NCBI GenBank assembly: GCA_045863395.1
Contig: BTVJ01000015.1
Location: 71,663 to 135,662, forward strand
Direction: 5' to 3'
Source: Myxococcales bacterium
GTDB taxonomy: Bacteria; Myxococcota_A; UBA9042; JABWCM01; BTVJ01
Length of the DNA: 64,000 nt
Shown: positions 49,854 to 61,007 of the stretch, one piece after another
Position numbering within the stretch: position 1 is the stretch's first letter
Layout: the number at the start of each line of letters is the position of its first letter
Position numbers and translations under genes: made by a program
The notes under the pieces: model-generated
Told to the model about the DNA's origin: nothing
What the model saw: the letters and a program-made list of their open reading frames with translations, nothing else
Databases searched by the model: none

Positions 49854-50684
49854 ATGCGTGCCGGTTTCCTCATGGTTCTCGCGTGGTTGTGCGTCGCCGC
49901 GCCGGCGGTCGCCGGCACGCCGGAGGAGGACTTCCGCACAGGCGAGGACGCCTTCCGCTACCAGAACTATGATCTGGCGGTCCGGTCCCTGGAGTCGCTG
50001 TTCTACCCGAACCTCCGCCTCTTCGACCCCCAGCAGGTGGTCAGGGCCCGCGAGTACCTGGCCGCGTCCTACTGGTGGCTCGACCGCAAGGACGCCGCCG
50101 AGGAGGAGTTCATCGCCCTGCTCGCCGTGGACCCGGAGTACGAGCTGGACGCCTTCTACCACCCTCCGCCGCTGCTCCAGTTCTACGCGGACCTGCGAGC
50201 CAAGCTCCAGCGCCTCGGGGTGATCCGCAAGGTCAACCCCGGCGAGGTCGACCCGACCCCAGAGGGGCCGACGCGCGTGCTCGTGCGGACCGTGGAGAAG
50301 CACCCCTTTGCGCTGAACCTGGTGCCCTTCGGCGTCGGGCAGTTCGAGAACGGCGACACGACCGCCGGCGTGCTCTTCCTGGTCGGCGAGTCCCTGACCC
50401 TGGCCAGCACCATCGCGACCTACTTCCTGATCCTCGAGTTCCGCCAGGACGACCCGGACCGGGCGCGCACCTTCGAGACCGCGCTCTGGGCTTCGCAAGG
50501 GGCCTTCTGGGGGCTCGTGGCGGGGGGCATCCTGCACGCCAGCCTGCGGTGGGAGCCGGAGACGATCACCGAGACCTGGGAGGAGCTGCCGGCCGCGCCC
50601 GTGTCGGACGCACCTTCCCTCCGACCGGGGTTGGCGCTCACGCCGGATCGGGGTATCTTCGTGGGCCTCGGAGGTTCCTTCTGA
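49854..50684 (+). CDS. Exported TPR-like protein with C-terminal hydrophobic segments
   Basis: Signal peptide; TPR-like helices; PFGVGQFENG. Confidence 0.75.
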   Translation: MRAGFLMVLAWLCVAAPAVAGTPEEDFRTGEDAFRYQNYDLAVRSLESLFYPNLRLFDPQQVVRAREYLAASYWWLDRKDAAEEEFIALLAVDPEYELDAFYHPPPLLQFYADLRAKLQRLGVIRKVNPGEVDPTPEGPTRVLVRTVEKHPFALNLVPFGVGQFENGDTTAGVLFLVGESLTLASTIATYFLILEFRQDDPDRARTFETALWASQGAFWGLVAGGILHASLRWEPETITETWEELPAAPVSDAPSLRPGLALTPDRGIFVGLGGSF

Positions 50685-50714
50685 CGGGCCCGCGCCCGCT
50701 GCTGGGGAGAACGT

Positions 50715-52535
<1,821 letters not shown>

Positions 52536-52798
52536 AGGCCACGGCGCCCCTGACACGGATGTCGTGGATGCGCGCGAAGTGGAGTTGCCCGGTGCCAGGT
52601 TCCCGCCAGATGTCGCTGCAAGAGCTGGCGGTAGGAGCTCCGCGCGGGGGACCTGCGCGTGAGAATCGCGATGGCGTCCGGGGCCTCCATGTCGCCGTCC
52701 CTGCTCTGGATTCTAGCTCCGGATGTGCATCGGCCCCAGGGGCGCACTCTCCCGACCGTCGCTCCCCTCTGAGGATCGGCCGCCTCCTGGCACACCCC

Positions 52799-53287
52799 TT
52801 GCTGTCGGGGCGCGCAGCCTTGGCAGCGCTGGCGCTGGCCCTGGCCGCGGGCTGCATTCCCCCGCCCATCGACGACCCGGAGCCCCTCGTCGCCGGGCTG
52901 CTCTTCTTCCCGGATCAGCTCAAGCCGGCGATGGACACAGTCAAGACGGTCCGCAACCAGGCGGGCCAGGAGCTGGTGTTCGACGTGCGCACCGCCTTCA
53001 AGGACCCGGAGGGCAAGGCGCTCACCTACTACTGGTACGTGAGCTGGGACGCGGAGGCGCCGACGAAGCCCATCGTGAAGGACACCGTGGGGACCCTGAC
53101 ATTCGTGCCATGCACGTCCAAGGACGTCCTGATCGCCGGCGCGCGCCCGGCGACCCACCGCCTCATGGTCGTCGTGACCAACGAGGCGCTGGAGGATGAG
53201 ACGCTGGCCACCCTCGGGGCCGCGGACGGGGCGCGCATCGCCAAGGTGTGGTGGCTCATCGACTTCCAGGGGACCACATGCCAGTAG
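52799..53287 (+). CDS. Hypothetical lipoprotein (start uncertain)
   Basis: Lipobox AAGC; Ig-like DPEGKALTYYW; overlaps the next gene. Confidence 0.65.
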   Translation: MLSGRAALAALALALAAGCIPPPIDDPEPLVAGLLFFPDQLKPAMDTVKTVRNQAGQELVFDVRTAFKDPEGKALTYYWYVSWDAEAPTKPIVKDTVGTLTFVPCTSKDVLIAGARPATHRLMVVVTNEALEDETLATLGAADGARIAKVWWLIDFQGTTCQ

Positions 53288-54999
53288 CGCGAGCCATGGT
53301 CGTAGTGCTGGCCCTCGCCGCGTGCGAGCTGCCGGCGCCGGATCAAGCGGGCTCGCCGCAGTGCTTCGAGGACGCCGACTGCCCGAGCGGCCTCCGGTGC
53401 GCGAAGGACCTCGGCTTCTGCTACGACCCCACGGCCATCACGAAGGCGCTGGCGGTGCAGCTCATCCCGCCCGCGGGCAAGAGCCTCGTCACGGACCAGC
53501 GCGCGAGCGTCGTCCTGTGGGGCGACAACACCTTCAGCGCCGCCATGACCCCTGCGCTCGCGGTCAAGGGGCTGCTCCACGACGCCAGCAACAAGCTCCC
53601 GCACAGCATCGCGGCCCAGGTGTCCGCCACGACGCCGGGCGACGTACCGGGCACGACCCTGCGATCCGACGCGACGTCCGGACCGGGGCTGCTGGAGGGG
53701 GGGCACGGCTTCACGCTGCCAGTCATACCCGACCGGCAGTACCTGATCAGCGTCATCCCGGATGACACCCGGCGGCCCCCGCTGCACGTGTCGCGCAAGT
53801 TCTCGACGGCTGACGCCGCGCTGGACCTGGCCCTCCCGGGCCTGCACGAGTACCCGGTCGTCTGCGGGCTCCTGACGGACGGCAAGGACCGCGACAAGGA
53901 CGGCATGCCGGACCCGTTGGCCGGCGTGCGCGTGCAGGCCATCGAGGTGCGCCCCGAGGGGAGCGAGGGCGGGCCGCTGCGCTCGTCCTCCGTGGCGGTC
54001 ACGGGAACGGATGTCGGAGAAGCGGCAGACCGGCGCTGCGCGACGAACGAAGTGGAGCTGCGGTTTCCTCTCGAAGCGGCGGAGTACGTCCTCCAGGTGG
54101 AGCCCGCAGCGCCGGACCCGGCGCGCCCGGAGCTCGTGCCGGCGCTCATCCCCAAGCTCACCGTCGACCCCGCGCTGTGGACCATCCAGATCGCGGGAGT
54201 GGCGGGGGAGATGGCGACGAACCTCCAGACCATCCTGGTGGCTCCACCGGAACCCGTGAGCGCGACGCTGACGGTCCGCGGCAAGTCGCCCGGGGGAGCC
54301 ACGGTGCCCATCGGGGGGGCCACCGTGATGCTCAAGGGGTTGGTCGAGCAAGGCGGCGTGTTCACGATGCATGGTGAGACGGGGACCGACGGCGTGTGGA
54401 CCGGAAAGGTGCTGCCGGGTGCGTACACCGTGACCGCCACGCCGCCGCCGGACGCACAGCACGCGGAGGTGACCGAGGAGCTCGCCATCGACGCGGCGGG
54501 GGCGACCTCGACGCTGCTCGCCCAGGCGCGGGCGCGGGTGAGCGGCCGGGTGACGGGCTACGATGGGCGCGTGCTTTCCGAGTGTACGCTTCGGGCCATC
54601 CGGCTCGGGAAGAGCGGCGCAGAGCCCGTGACCGCCGTGACCGACACCGATGGCCGCTACGAGCTGTGGCTCGATCCGGGCCCCTGGGGGGTCGTCGCCA
54701 TCCCTACTGGGACCACTGGATACCCGAGGCTCGTGGATCGAGACGCGACGCCGCTTGGGGCCGGAGCAAAGGTGACCCGTGACTTCGTACTCCCGGCGCC
54801 CCGGCTGGTGAGGGGCTCCATCACGAGCTCCGCGGGGCTGCCGCTGGCGGGCGTGACCGTGGAGTTCTACGATCTGCAAGCTGAGAAAGGGGCGGAGCAG
54901 GACGCGCCGGGGCTCGATCAGCTTCGCCTGCTCGGCTATGGAGTGACGGACGACAAGGGCAGCTACCAGGCCCTCCTGTCGCCCGTGTTCAAGGAGTGA
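53278..54999 (+). CDS. Lipoprotein with carboxypeptidase-regulatory-like beta-sandwich domains
   Basis: Lipobox LAAC; CFEDADCPSGLRC; VSGRVTG..TDTDGRYEL repeats. Confidence 0.8.
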   Translation: MPVARAMVVVLALAACELPAPDQAGSPQCFEDADCPSGLRCAKDLGFCYDPTAITKALAVQLIPPAGKSLVTDQRASVVLWGDNTFSAAMTPALAVKGLLHDASNKLPHSIAAQVSATTPGDVPGTTLRSDATSGPGLLEGGHGFTLPVIPDRQYLISVIPDDTRRPPLHVSRKFSTADAALDLALPGLHEYPVVCGLLTDGKDRDKDGMPDPLAGVRVQAIEVRPEGSEGGPLRSSSVAVTGTDVGEAADRRCATNEVELRFPLEAAEYVLQVEPAAPDPARPELVPALIPKLTVDPALWTIQIAGVAGEMATNLQTILVAPPEPVSATLTVRGKSPGGATVPIGGATVMLKGLVEQGGVFTMHGETGTDGVWTGKVLPGAYTVTATPPPDAQHAEVTEELAIDAAGATSTLLAQARARVSGRVTGYDGRVLSECTLRAIRLGKSGAEPVTAVTDTDGRYELWLDPGPWGVVAIPTGTTGYPRLVDRDATPLGAGAKVTRDFVLPAPRLVRGSITSSAGLPLAGVTVEFYDLQAEKGAEQDAPGLDQLRLLGYGVTDDKGSYQALLSPVFKE

Positions 55000-55739
55000 C
55001 GATGCTCGACGCTCGCCGCCTGGTTCTGGTGATCGCCCTGCTCATCGGGGCCTGGATCTGGTCCACGGAGCTGTTCGCCATCGCGGCAGGAGTCGTGGTG
55101 ACCTGGCTCATCGTGCGCTGGAAGACCGCCCCCAAAGAAGAGGACCGCCGGCCGGTGGAGCCCGAGACCCTGGAGTCGGCGGCGCGGGACCTGCCCGTGG
55201 CGGCCATCCGAGGCGAGCAGGTGTGGACCGCCATCGACGAGCGGCCGGTCATGGTGACTCTGGAGCACGCCCGCTCCCGGTCCATGGGGGAGCTGCCGGT
55301 GATCCGCCTGGAGGTGCGCATGGGGCCGCCCATCCAGTACTGCTTCATCGTGCGGCGGCGCATGAGCCTCTTCCCCATGCCGGTGCTGGTCTGGAACACG
55401 CTGATTCCCCGCGCCTCCTTCGAGTACGAGCTGCGCCGCGTCGAGCTGGACGCGGATCTCCAGCAGCGCTTCGAGGCCGCCTCCAACGCGCCGCGCCTCA
55501 CGCAGCGCCTCTGGGAGTCGCGGCTCCGGCAGGCGCTGGACGGGCAGCTCGATCCCTCCCAGCTCCGCCTGGAGGAGCTGGCGTTCAACGGGGAGAGCCT
55601 CATCCTCGTCTACATGCCCGCCTGGCCCCTGGAGCCAGACCCGAGGCTCCCGTTCGTCCTCGACGAGGCGGGCCCGGCGGTGGAGGCCCTGGACGCCTTC
55701 ATCCGCGAAGAGGCCCTCCGAGACGCGACGCCTGCTTGA
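54996..55739 (+). CDS. Hypothetical membrane protein
   Basis: GTGA overlap with previous gene; N-terminal TM hairpin; codon bias. Confidence 0.7.
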   Translation: MTMLDARRLVLVIALLIGAWIWSTELFAIAAGVVVTWLIVRWKTAPKEEDRRPVEPETLESAARDLPVAAIRGEQVWTAIDERPVMVTLEHARSRSMGELPVIRLEVRMGPPIQYCFIVRRRMSLFPMPVLVWNTLIPRASFEYELRRVELDADLQQRFEAASNAPRLTQRLWESRLRQALDGQLDPSQLRLEELAFNGESLILVYMPAWPLEPDPRLPFVLDEAGPAVEALDAFIREEALRDATPA

Positions 55740-55839
55740 GAAGCTTGGCGTAGTTTCCAGTGGTTGCGTGGTTCGGCGCGGCAAGCGCGCGGGGCCGTGG
55801 CTATCATGGGAGCCCGCAACCTCTGAGCGGAGCGACTGG

Positions 55840-56421
55840 ATGAAGCGACGGGTCCAAGCCCTGTGTGTGAGCCTCGTGGTGGGGGTGGCGCTCGGCACCC
55901 CGGCCACCGCGGATGACCGCGCCGACCTGGAGCAGCGCCTCGGGCAGCGCGAGATCGTCGTGCAGAGCAAGACGGTGCGGCAGAGCCCCGTGCCGCGCGT
56001 CACGGCGCTGGCCCTGGTCGACGCGCCGCCACCGGAGGTCTGGGGCATCGTCTCCGACTGCGAGCGTCTCCAGGAGGTGCTGGAGAGTGGCTCCGTCGCC
56101 GAGGAGCTCAGCCGCAAGGGGAACCGCTCGAAGTGCCGAGTGCGAGTCTCCGTCCCCTTCGGCGAGCTGGTCTCCGTCACGGACGTGAGATTGAGCGTGA
56201 AGCCCGGCAAGCAGTGGCGCTCCACGTGGACGGGCGCCGGCGGAGACTTCACGGTCAATGACGGGAGCTGGGTCCTGGCCCCCTTCGCCGGCGGTACTCT
56301 CGTCGCCTACACGGTGCAGGCCGCGCCGACGATCCCCATTCCCCGCGCGATACTCGAGCAGACCCAGCGCTCACGCATGGTCGCCATGCTGGAGCGGCTG
56401 CGGGAGGTGCTGGAGCGGTGA
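55840..56421 (+). CDS. Exported SRPBCC/START (Coq10-like) domain protein
   Basis: Signal peptide; VDAPPPEVWGIVSD, GDFTVNDGSW.L.P, TLVAY. Confidence 0.82.
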   Translation: MKRRVQALCVSLVVGVALGTPATADDRADLEQRLGQREIVVQSKTVRQSPVPRVTALALVDAPPPEVWGIVSDCERLQEVLESGSVAEELSRKGNRSKCRVRVSVPFGELVSVTDVRLSVKPGKQWRSTWTGAGGDFTVNDGSWVLAPFAGGTLVAYTVQAAPTIPIPRAILEQTQRSRMVAMLERLREVLER

Positions 56422-56535
56422 GAGACTCACGCGAGACGCACGGGTTGCGGGCCCGCCCGGTACGCCAGTTTCCTCAGGCCGCCGGTGAATTGGGTCTGGA
56501 CTGGGGCGGGTAGCGGTGCAGCGCAGCAGCGAGGT

Positions 56536-56769
56536 TCAACAAGACCCTGGCAACGGGACCTCGATCTCCTCAGACCGCCATGCCGCGTACGATAGCGCTG
56601 CCCGGATGTCTGCTTCATCCAGGTACGGGTAGGCAGCGAGGAACTCCTGAGTGGAGTGCCCGGCGGCGAGCAAACCGATGATCGTTCCTAGCGTGACGCG
56701 CATGCCACGAATGCACGGCTTCCCTCCCATCACCAGCGGATCGAACGTTATCCTCTCCAGCAGGTTCAC
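56536..56769 (-). CDS. DUF433 protein (VapB45-like antitoxin)
   Basis: GGAGGT RBS; RITFDP.VMGGKPCIRGMRV, YPYL..DIRAALSYA. Confidence 0.92.
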   Translation of the reverse strand: MNLLERITFDPLVMGGKPCIRGMRVTLGTIIGLLAAGHSTQEFLAAYPYLDEADIRAALSYAAWRSEEIEVPLPGSC

Positions 56770-56873
56770 GACGTCACCTCCAAGCTCCCACGCGCTTCGC
56801 GCTCCCGCCCTCAGGCTACCAGGAACTTCACGCATCTGGCGGGGCTGTCCCAGCGGCATTTACCGGCAGGTCG

Positions 56874-58382
56874 TCAGGGCGGGAGGTCCGAGGGGTCGTC
56901 GCAGTGGATGGTCGGGAGATAGGTGCTGGCCGCGAGGCGGAATCCGTGGACTGCGGCGCGGATGCAGAAGTGGCGGTCCTCTCCTACGATCTCCGCTGGC
57001 AGATTGTGGATGGGGTCGTAGGTGACTCCGGCGTCCGCGACCGCCCGTCGGATGAGGGTCACCGCGCCCAGACCGCCCACGGGCCGCACACCGGGACGCT
57101 CGATGAGGTCGGCGATGAAGTCTTCGCTCAGGTCGTACTGGCCCCGCTCCCAGACCTGGGGCCACTTGCCGGCCCGGACCTCTGAGAGGGCGCGCGCCAC
57201 GTCCCTGCGAAGCGGAGTCCCGTCGGGGATGCGGAGGATCGGTCCACCGGTCTGCAGGTCCCACCGCGCCCAGAAGACGGGGCTGACCACGTCCTCGCCC
57301 GTCGCGAGCAGGTGGCCGGGTGTCCGAGGGTCCATGAGGACATCCGAGTCCAGCGCGAGCAGCGCGTCGGCGCCGCTGGCCTGGAGTCGTCGCAGCATGT
57401 CGTTGCGCAGGCGGGTCATGCGGCGGAGCGGCCCCTCCGGGTCGTGCGGCGGCCCCCACCAGCGGTTTCCGCCTGCCGCAACCGGATCCGGGAGTGAGAC
57501 GGTCTCCACGCGGACGTTTCGGTGGCTACGGGAGGCCCACTCCCCGAGGAGCGCTGCCGTCTCGTCGGTGGAGTCGTTCACGAGGAGCTGGATCTCGACG
57601 CGGGCGGGGTCCATGTGCAGCGCGTCCAGAGAGGCGGTCAGATGGGGGACCATCCACGCGCGATTGCGGATGGGGATGCAGAGCAGGATGTCTGCGGGAG
57701 CGAGCGCGGATGCCAGGGGTCGTAGAGTGGGCGGGCTGAGGATGGTGTGCGCGTGCGCGAGATTCACGCCGGTGTTTCGGGCCAGGTAGTGCTCGGCCTT
57801 CTGCGCCCGCAGCTCCTGGCGACCGTAGGCGAGGTGGAGCACGGGCGGGTCAAGGGGCTCCGGGACGAGGTCTGCTGCGTACTCGGGCAGGCGCGATGCG
57901 TGGAAGGTGGGCCCGGCATCCGGGCGCGCCGCGAATGGAACATCGCGAAAGCGTACGAAGAACGTCAGCCAGGGAGACCACCAACCGTCGAGCCGCCAAT
58001 GCGAGTCGTCCCACAGCTCCAGGAGCTTGGCGTCGAGGCGCTCCACCGAGACGGGCAGACCACGTAGCCGAGATGCGGACAACGTGGCGCTCGGCACCTC
58101 GTCCGCGTCGAAGAGGGCCACCCAATCATCGTGCTTCGCCACCTCGCGAACCGCCTCCCAGAGCCGAGCGCGAGCGAGCGTCTCGTGGACGAGAAGCATG
58201 GGGGTGTCGCTTCGGTGGAGGACGACCCTCGGGCCGTGCCGGCGGAGCACGTCGGGGGACCCGTCGTCGCTCGCGTCATCGGGAACCACGAGCACGTCGA
58301 CCAGGGCGAGCATCGCCTGCGCCCATCGCTCCAGCCACCTGCTGCGCTCGTTCCTCAAGATGGTGGCCCCTATGATCTTCAT
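56874..58382 (-). CDS. Two-domain GT-A (family 2) glycosyltransferase
   Basis: Domain 1: RNE, DDASDD, FDADE, HLAYG. Domain 2: PIRNR, NDSTD, LDSD, VGGLGA.TLI, GEDRHFCIRA. Confidence 0.88.
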   Translation of the reverse strand: MKIIGATILRNERSRWLERWAQAMLALVDVLVVPDDASDDGSPDVLRRHGPRVVLHRSDTPMLLVHETLARARLWEAVREVAKHDDWVALFDADEVPSATLSASRLRGLPVSVERLDAKLLELWDDSHWRLDGWWSPWLTFFVRFRDVPFAARPDAGPTFHASRLPEYAADLVPEPLDPPVLHLAYGRQELRAQKAEHYLARNTGVNLAHAHTILSPPTLRPLASALAPADILLCIPIRNRAWMVPHLTASLDALHMDPARVEIQLLVNDSTDETAALLGEWASRSHRNVRVETVSLPDPVAAGGNRWWGPPHDPEGPLRRMTRLRNDMLRRLQASGADALLALDSDVLMDPRTPGHLLATGEDVVSPVFWARWDLQTGGPILRIPDGTPLRRDVARALSEVRAGKWPQVWERGQYDLSEDFIADLIERPGVRPVGGLGAVTLIRRAVADAGVTYDPIHNLPAEIVGEDRHFCIRAAVHGFRLAASTYLPTIHCDDPSDLPP

Positions 58383-58470
58383 GGCTCCTCCGCTGCCAGG
58401 TGAGCTGCCGCCAGGGCCAACCGCATCAGGACATTGCGGCCGCGCCTGGGGTCTTGCGCAAGGCTCTCAC

Positions 58471-58502
58471 AAATCAGGCAAAAAAAAAAATTGCTATTGA
58501 CA
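58471..58502 (+). promoter_or_regulatory. A11 homopolymer within promoter-like sequence between the divergent GT genes
   Basis: CAGGC-A11-TTGCT followed by TTGACA (58497-58502). Confidence 0.45.
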
Positions 58503-58710
58503 ACGAAATGCGCCCGGGTGTAGGGGGTGAGGACATCGACACGATGGACCGCAGGGGCGGTTCACGGCGCAAGGCGACGGACGCGGGCTGGCAGTGGCTG
58601 TACAGGGTGTCGATGACACCCGGCGTCGGGAGTGTGCTCGAAGGGCGCCACTGACTCGCCGCGTCCGAGACTGAGTCGAGAGCGGGGTGCGATACCAGCG
58701 GGGAGAGACC

Positions 58711-59721
58711 ATGCTGTTGAGCGTGTGCATGATCGCGCGGGACGAGTCGCGCTGCATCGGAGACGCGATTCGAAGTGCCAGGTCCCTGGCCGACGAGGTC
58801 ATCGTCGTCGACACCGGCTCACGGGACACGACGCCCCACGTCGCGAGCCAGCTCGGCGCCCGCGTACTCCACCAGCCGTGGCAGGACGACTTCTCCCTCC
58901 ACCGGAACCATGCAATCGACCAGGCCCTCGGGCGCTGGGTGCTCATCCTGGACGCGGACGAGGTCATCGAGCCCGCCGACTTCGGCGAGACGCGGTCGCG
59001 ACTGGCCGGCGACGGGCTCCCGGACATCCTCATGGTGAAGCACTGGTCCACGTATCCCGGCGGCGACTCGGTCCTCGAGTATCTGGCCCGCATCGTCCGG
59101 CGCGACAGCGGCATCCGATACGTCCACCCCATCCACGAGCAGTTGAAGGTCCGCGGGGAGGAGGCCCTGCTCAGCAACCTCGTCCTGCGACACAGCGGGT
59201 ATACGGGAGCGGAGCGCCTGCGCCAGAAGCACGAGCGCAACCTGCGCATCGCGCAGATGATGCCCGACGACGAGCCCCACGCGCACCACTGCCGCATGCG
59301 GAGCCTCGCAGCGCTGGGTCGTTGGGACGAGGCGGCCCGCGCCGCGGACGCCCTGCTGGCCCTGCACGGCGTCGCGGACCCCGTGAGGTCCGATGCCCAC
59401 GTGCTGGCGGCGGCCGCGCGGCTGGAGGCGGCCCGCCGCGGCTAGCCGAACGGAGACTTCCGCGAGCACCTCGGTGCGGCCCGTGCCCTCGACCCCCTGG
59501 CGCCGGATGTCCCCTATCTGGAGATGTTCGCGTCGGCGCTCGACTACCTGAAGGCGCTCGACCGAGCCAACACACCGGGCACGGCGGAGTTCCTGCGCAT
59601 CGGGCACTTCTAGCGCGCGGGGTCGAGCGTCGAGGAGCTCGTGCGGACCATGACGGGAGAGACCCTCGACGCCCTCTCGCGGCGCGGGCAGGTGCGCCGG
59701 AGCAAGAGCGACGAGAAGTGA
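58711..59721 (+). pseudogene. GT2 glycosyltransferase with TPR-like tail; catalytic ORF 58711..59445 intact, tail broken by two in-frame TAGs
   Basis: LSVCMIARDE, VVDTGS.D.T, WQDDFS..RN, LDADE, IHE, H.GY; frame continues after TAG 59443 and TAG 59611 to TGA 59719. Confidence 0.7.
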
Positions 59722-59806
59722 CCGCGCGGAGAATCCGACACCGCCTCTGCCGGAGACCCCAGCGCCAAGTGTTGAGTGACCCGCAGATACAGGAGGAGCA
59801 GACCCC

Positions 59807-60163
59807 ATGGCAGCAGTGATTGAGCTGGCCCCCTGGACGACGTTGAGCGGCTCGGGCAGCGTGACGTTGACGCAGGCGCCGGGAGAGTGGGTGGACGTCT
59901 CCGAGCACGCCGACGGGATGTTCCTGCTGGACGTGAAGGACATCACCGTCTCCGTTCGCATCTACGTCGACACGAGCCCGAGCGACGACGACGGCTATTT
60001 CACGCCGCTGTTCGACTACGTGGCGACCACCGGCGCGACCCTGCGGATCAGCCGCTTCGCCGACGCGGCCACGCCGCTGATGCGCTACGTCCGGTGGAGG
60101 CTCGCCTCGGGCACCAACTGGGCCGTGACCTTCAGGATCTCCGCCGTCCTGAAGACCCTCTAG
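59807..60163 (+). CDS. Small beta-rich protein, paralog type A1
   Basis: AGGAGG RBS; ELAPW..LSG..Q..EW.D..TPLMRYVRW..W..FRI. Confidence 0.88.
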   Translation: MAAVIELAPWTTLSGSGSVTLTQAPGEWVDVSEHADGMFLLDVKDITVSVRIYVDTSPSDDDGYFTPLFDYVATTGATLRISRFADAATPLMRYVRWRLASGTNWAVTFRISAVLKTL

Positions 60164-60178
60164 CCCACGGAGGACACC

Positions 60179-60589
60179 ATGGCCTGCACATGTGACAGCC
60201 GGGGCGGATTCCACCTGAGCGCGCGCGACACGCCGGGCGAGCTGCTCCCCTGGTCGCGACTCGGGGGCAGCACCGCAGCGACGACCATCACCCAGCCCGC
60301 AGAGCAGTGGCTCGACGCCGGCATGTTCCGGCACGCCCTGCTCTGCCTCGACGTCCGGGCGTACTCCGGCGACGTCCACCTCTTCATCCAGACGGCGCAG
60401 GTCGACGAGGAGGACGCCTTCGTGACCATCGTCGACCACCAGCCGGCGGCGACCGGCAGGACCTGGTTCAAGGTAGAGGCCACGGCCACCACGCCGCTGC
60501 TCCGCTTCGTCCGCTGGAAGGTGGGTGCGGGCAGCGGGCCCTGGAGCCTCTTTGCCCGCGTCGCAGCCACCTTCAAGTCGGCTGCCTGA
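60179..60589 (+). CDS. Small beta-rich protein, paralog type B1 (N-terminal CxC)
   Basis: GGAGG RBS; MACTCD..PGELLPW..TPLLRFVRWK. Confidence 0.88.
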   Translation: MACTCDSRGGFHLSARDTPGELLPWSRLGGSTAATTITQPAEQWLDAGMFRHALLCLDVRAYSGDVHLFIQTAQVDEEDAFVTIVDHQPAATGRTWFKVEATATTPLLRFVRWKVGAGSGPWSLFARVAATFKSAA

Positions 60590-60635
60590 ACGTGTACACT
60601 GAGCACCGGCCCCCGGCGCCGGAGGAGAGACGACC

Positions 60636-60995
60636 ATGAGAGGTGTCATCGAGCTCGCCCCCTGGACCAACCTGAGCGGCGGCGCCAGCCAGGACTTCAT
60701 CCAGCCGCAGCGGGAGTGGCCCGACATCGGCTCCTTCGCTGACGGCACCATCTTCGTCGACATCAAGGACCGGGGCGGCGCCCCGACGCTCCACCTCCAG
60801 ACTGCCATCGTGGAGGAGGACGCCTACTTCGTGGACTTCACCGGCGGCATCGCCACCACCGGCACCACGCTGCTCGTGAGCCGCTTCGCCACGGCGACGA
60901 CGCCCATGATGCGTTACCTGCGGTGGAAGGTGGAGGCCGGCGCCTCCGCATGGAATCTGACGTTCCGCATTCTGGCGGTGCTGAAGCACGGCTGA
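60636..60995 (+). CDS. Small beta-rich protein, paralog type A2
   Basis: GGAGG RBS; VIELAPW..TPMMRYLRWK..TFRI. Confidence 0.88.
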   Translation: MRGVIELAPWTNLSGGASQDFIQPQREWPDIGSFADGTIFVDIKDRGGAPTLHLQTAIVEEDAYFVDFTGGIATTGTTLLVSRFATATTPMMRYLRWKVEAGASAWNLTFRILAVLKHG

Positions 60996-61007
60996 GGAGG
61001 TGCCCCC

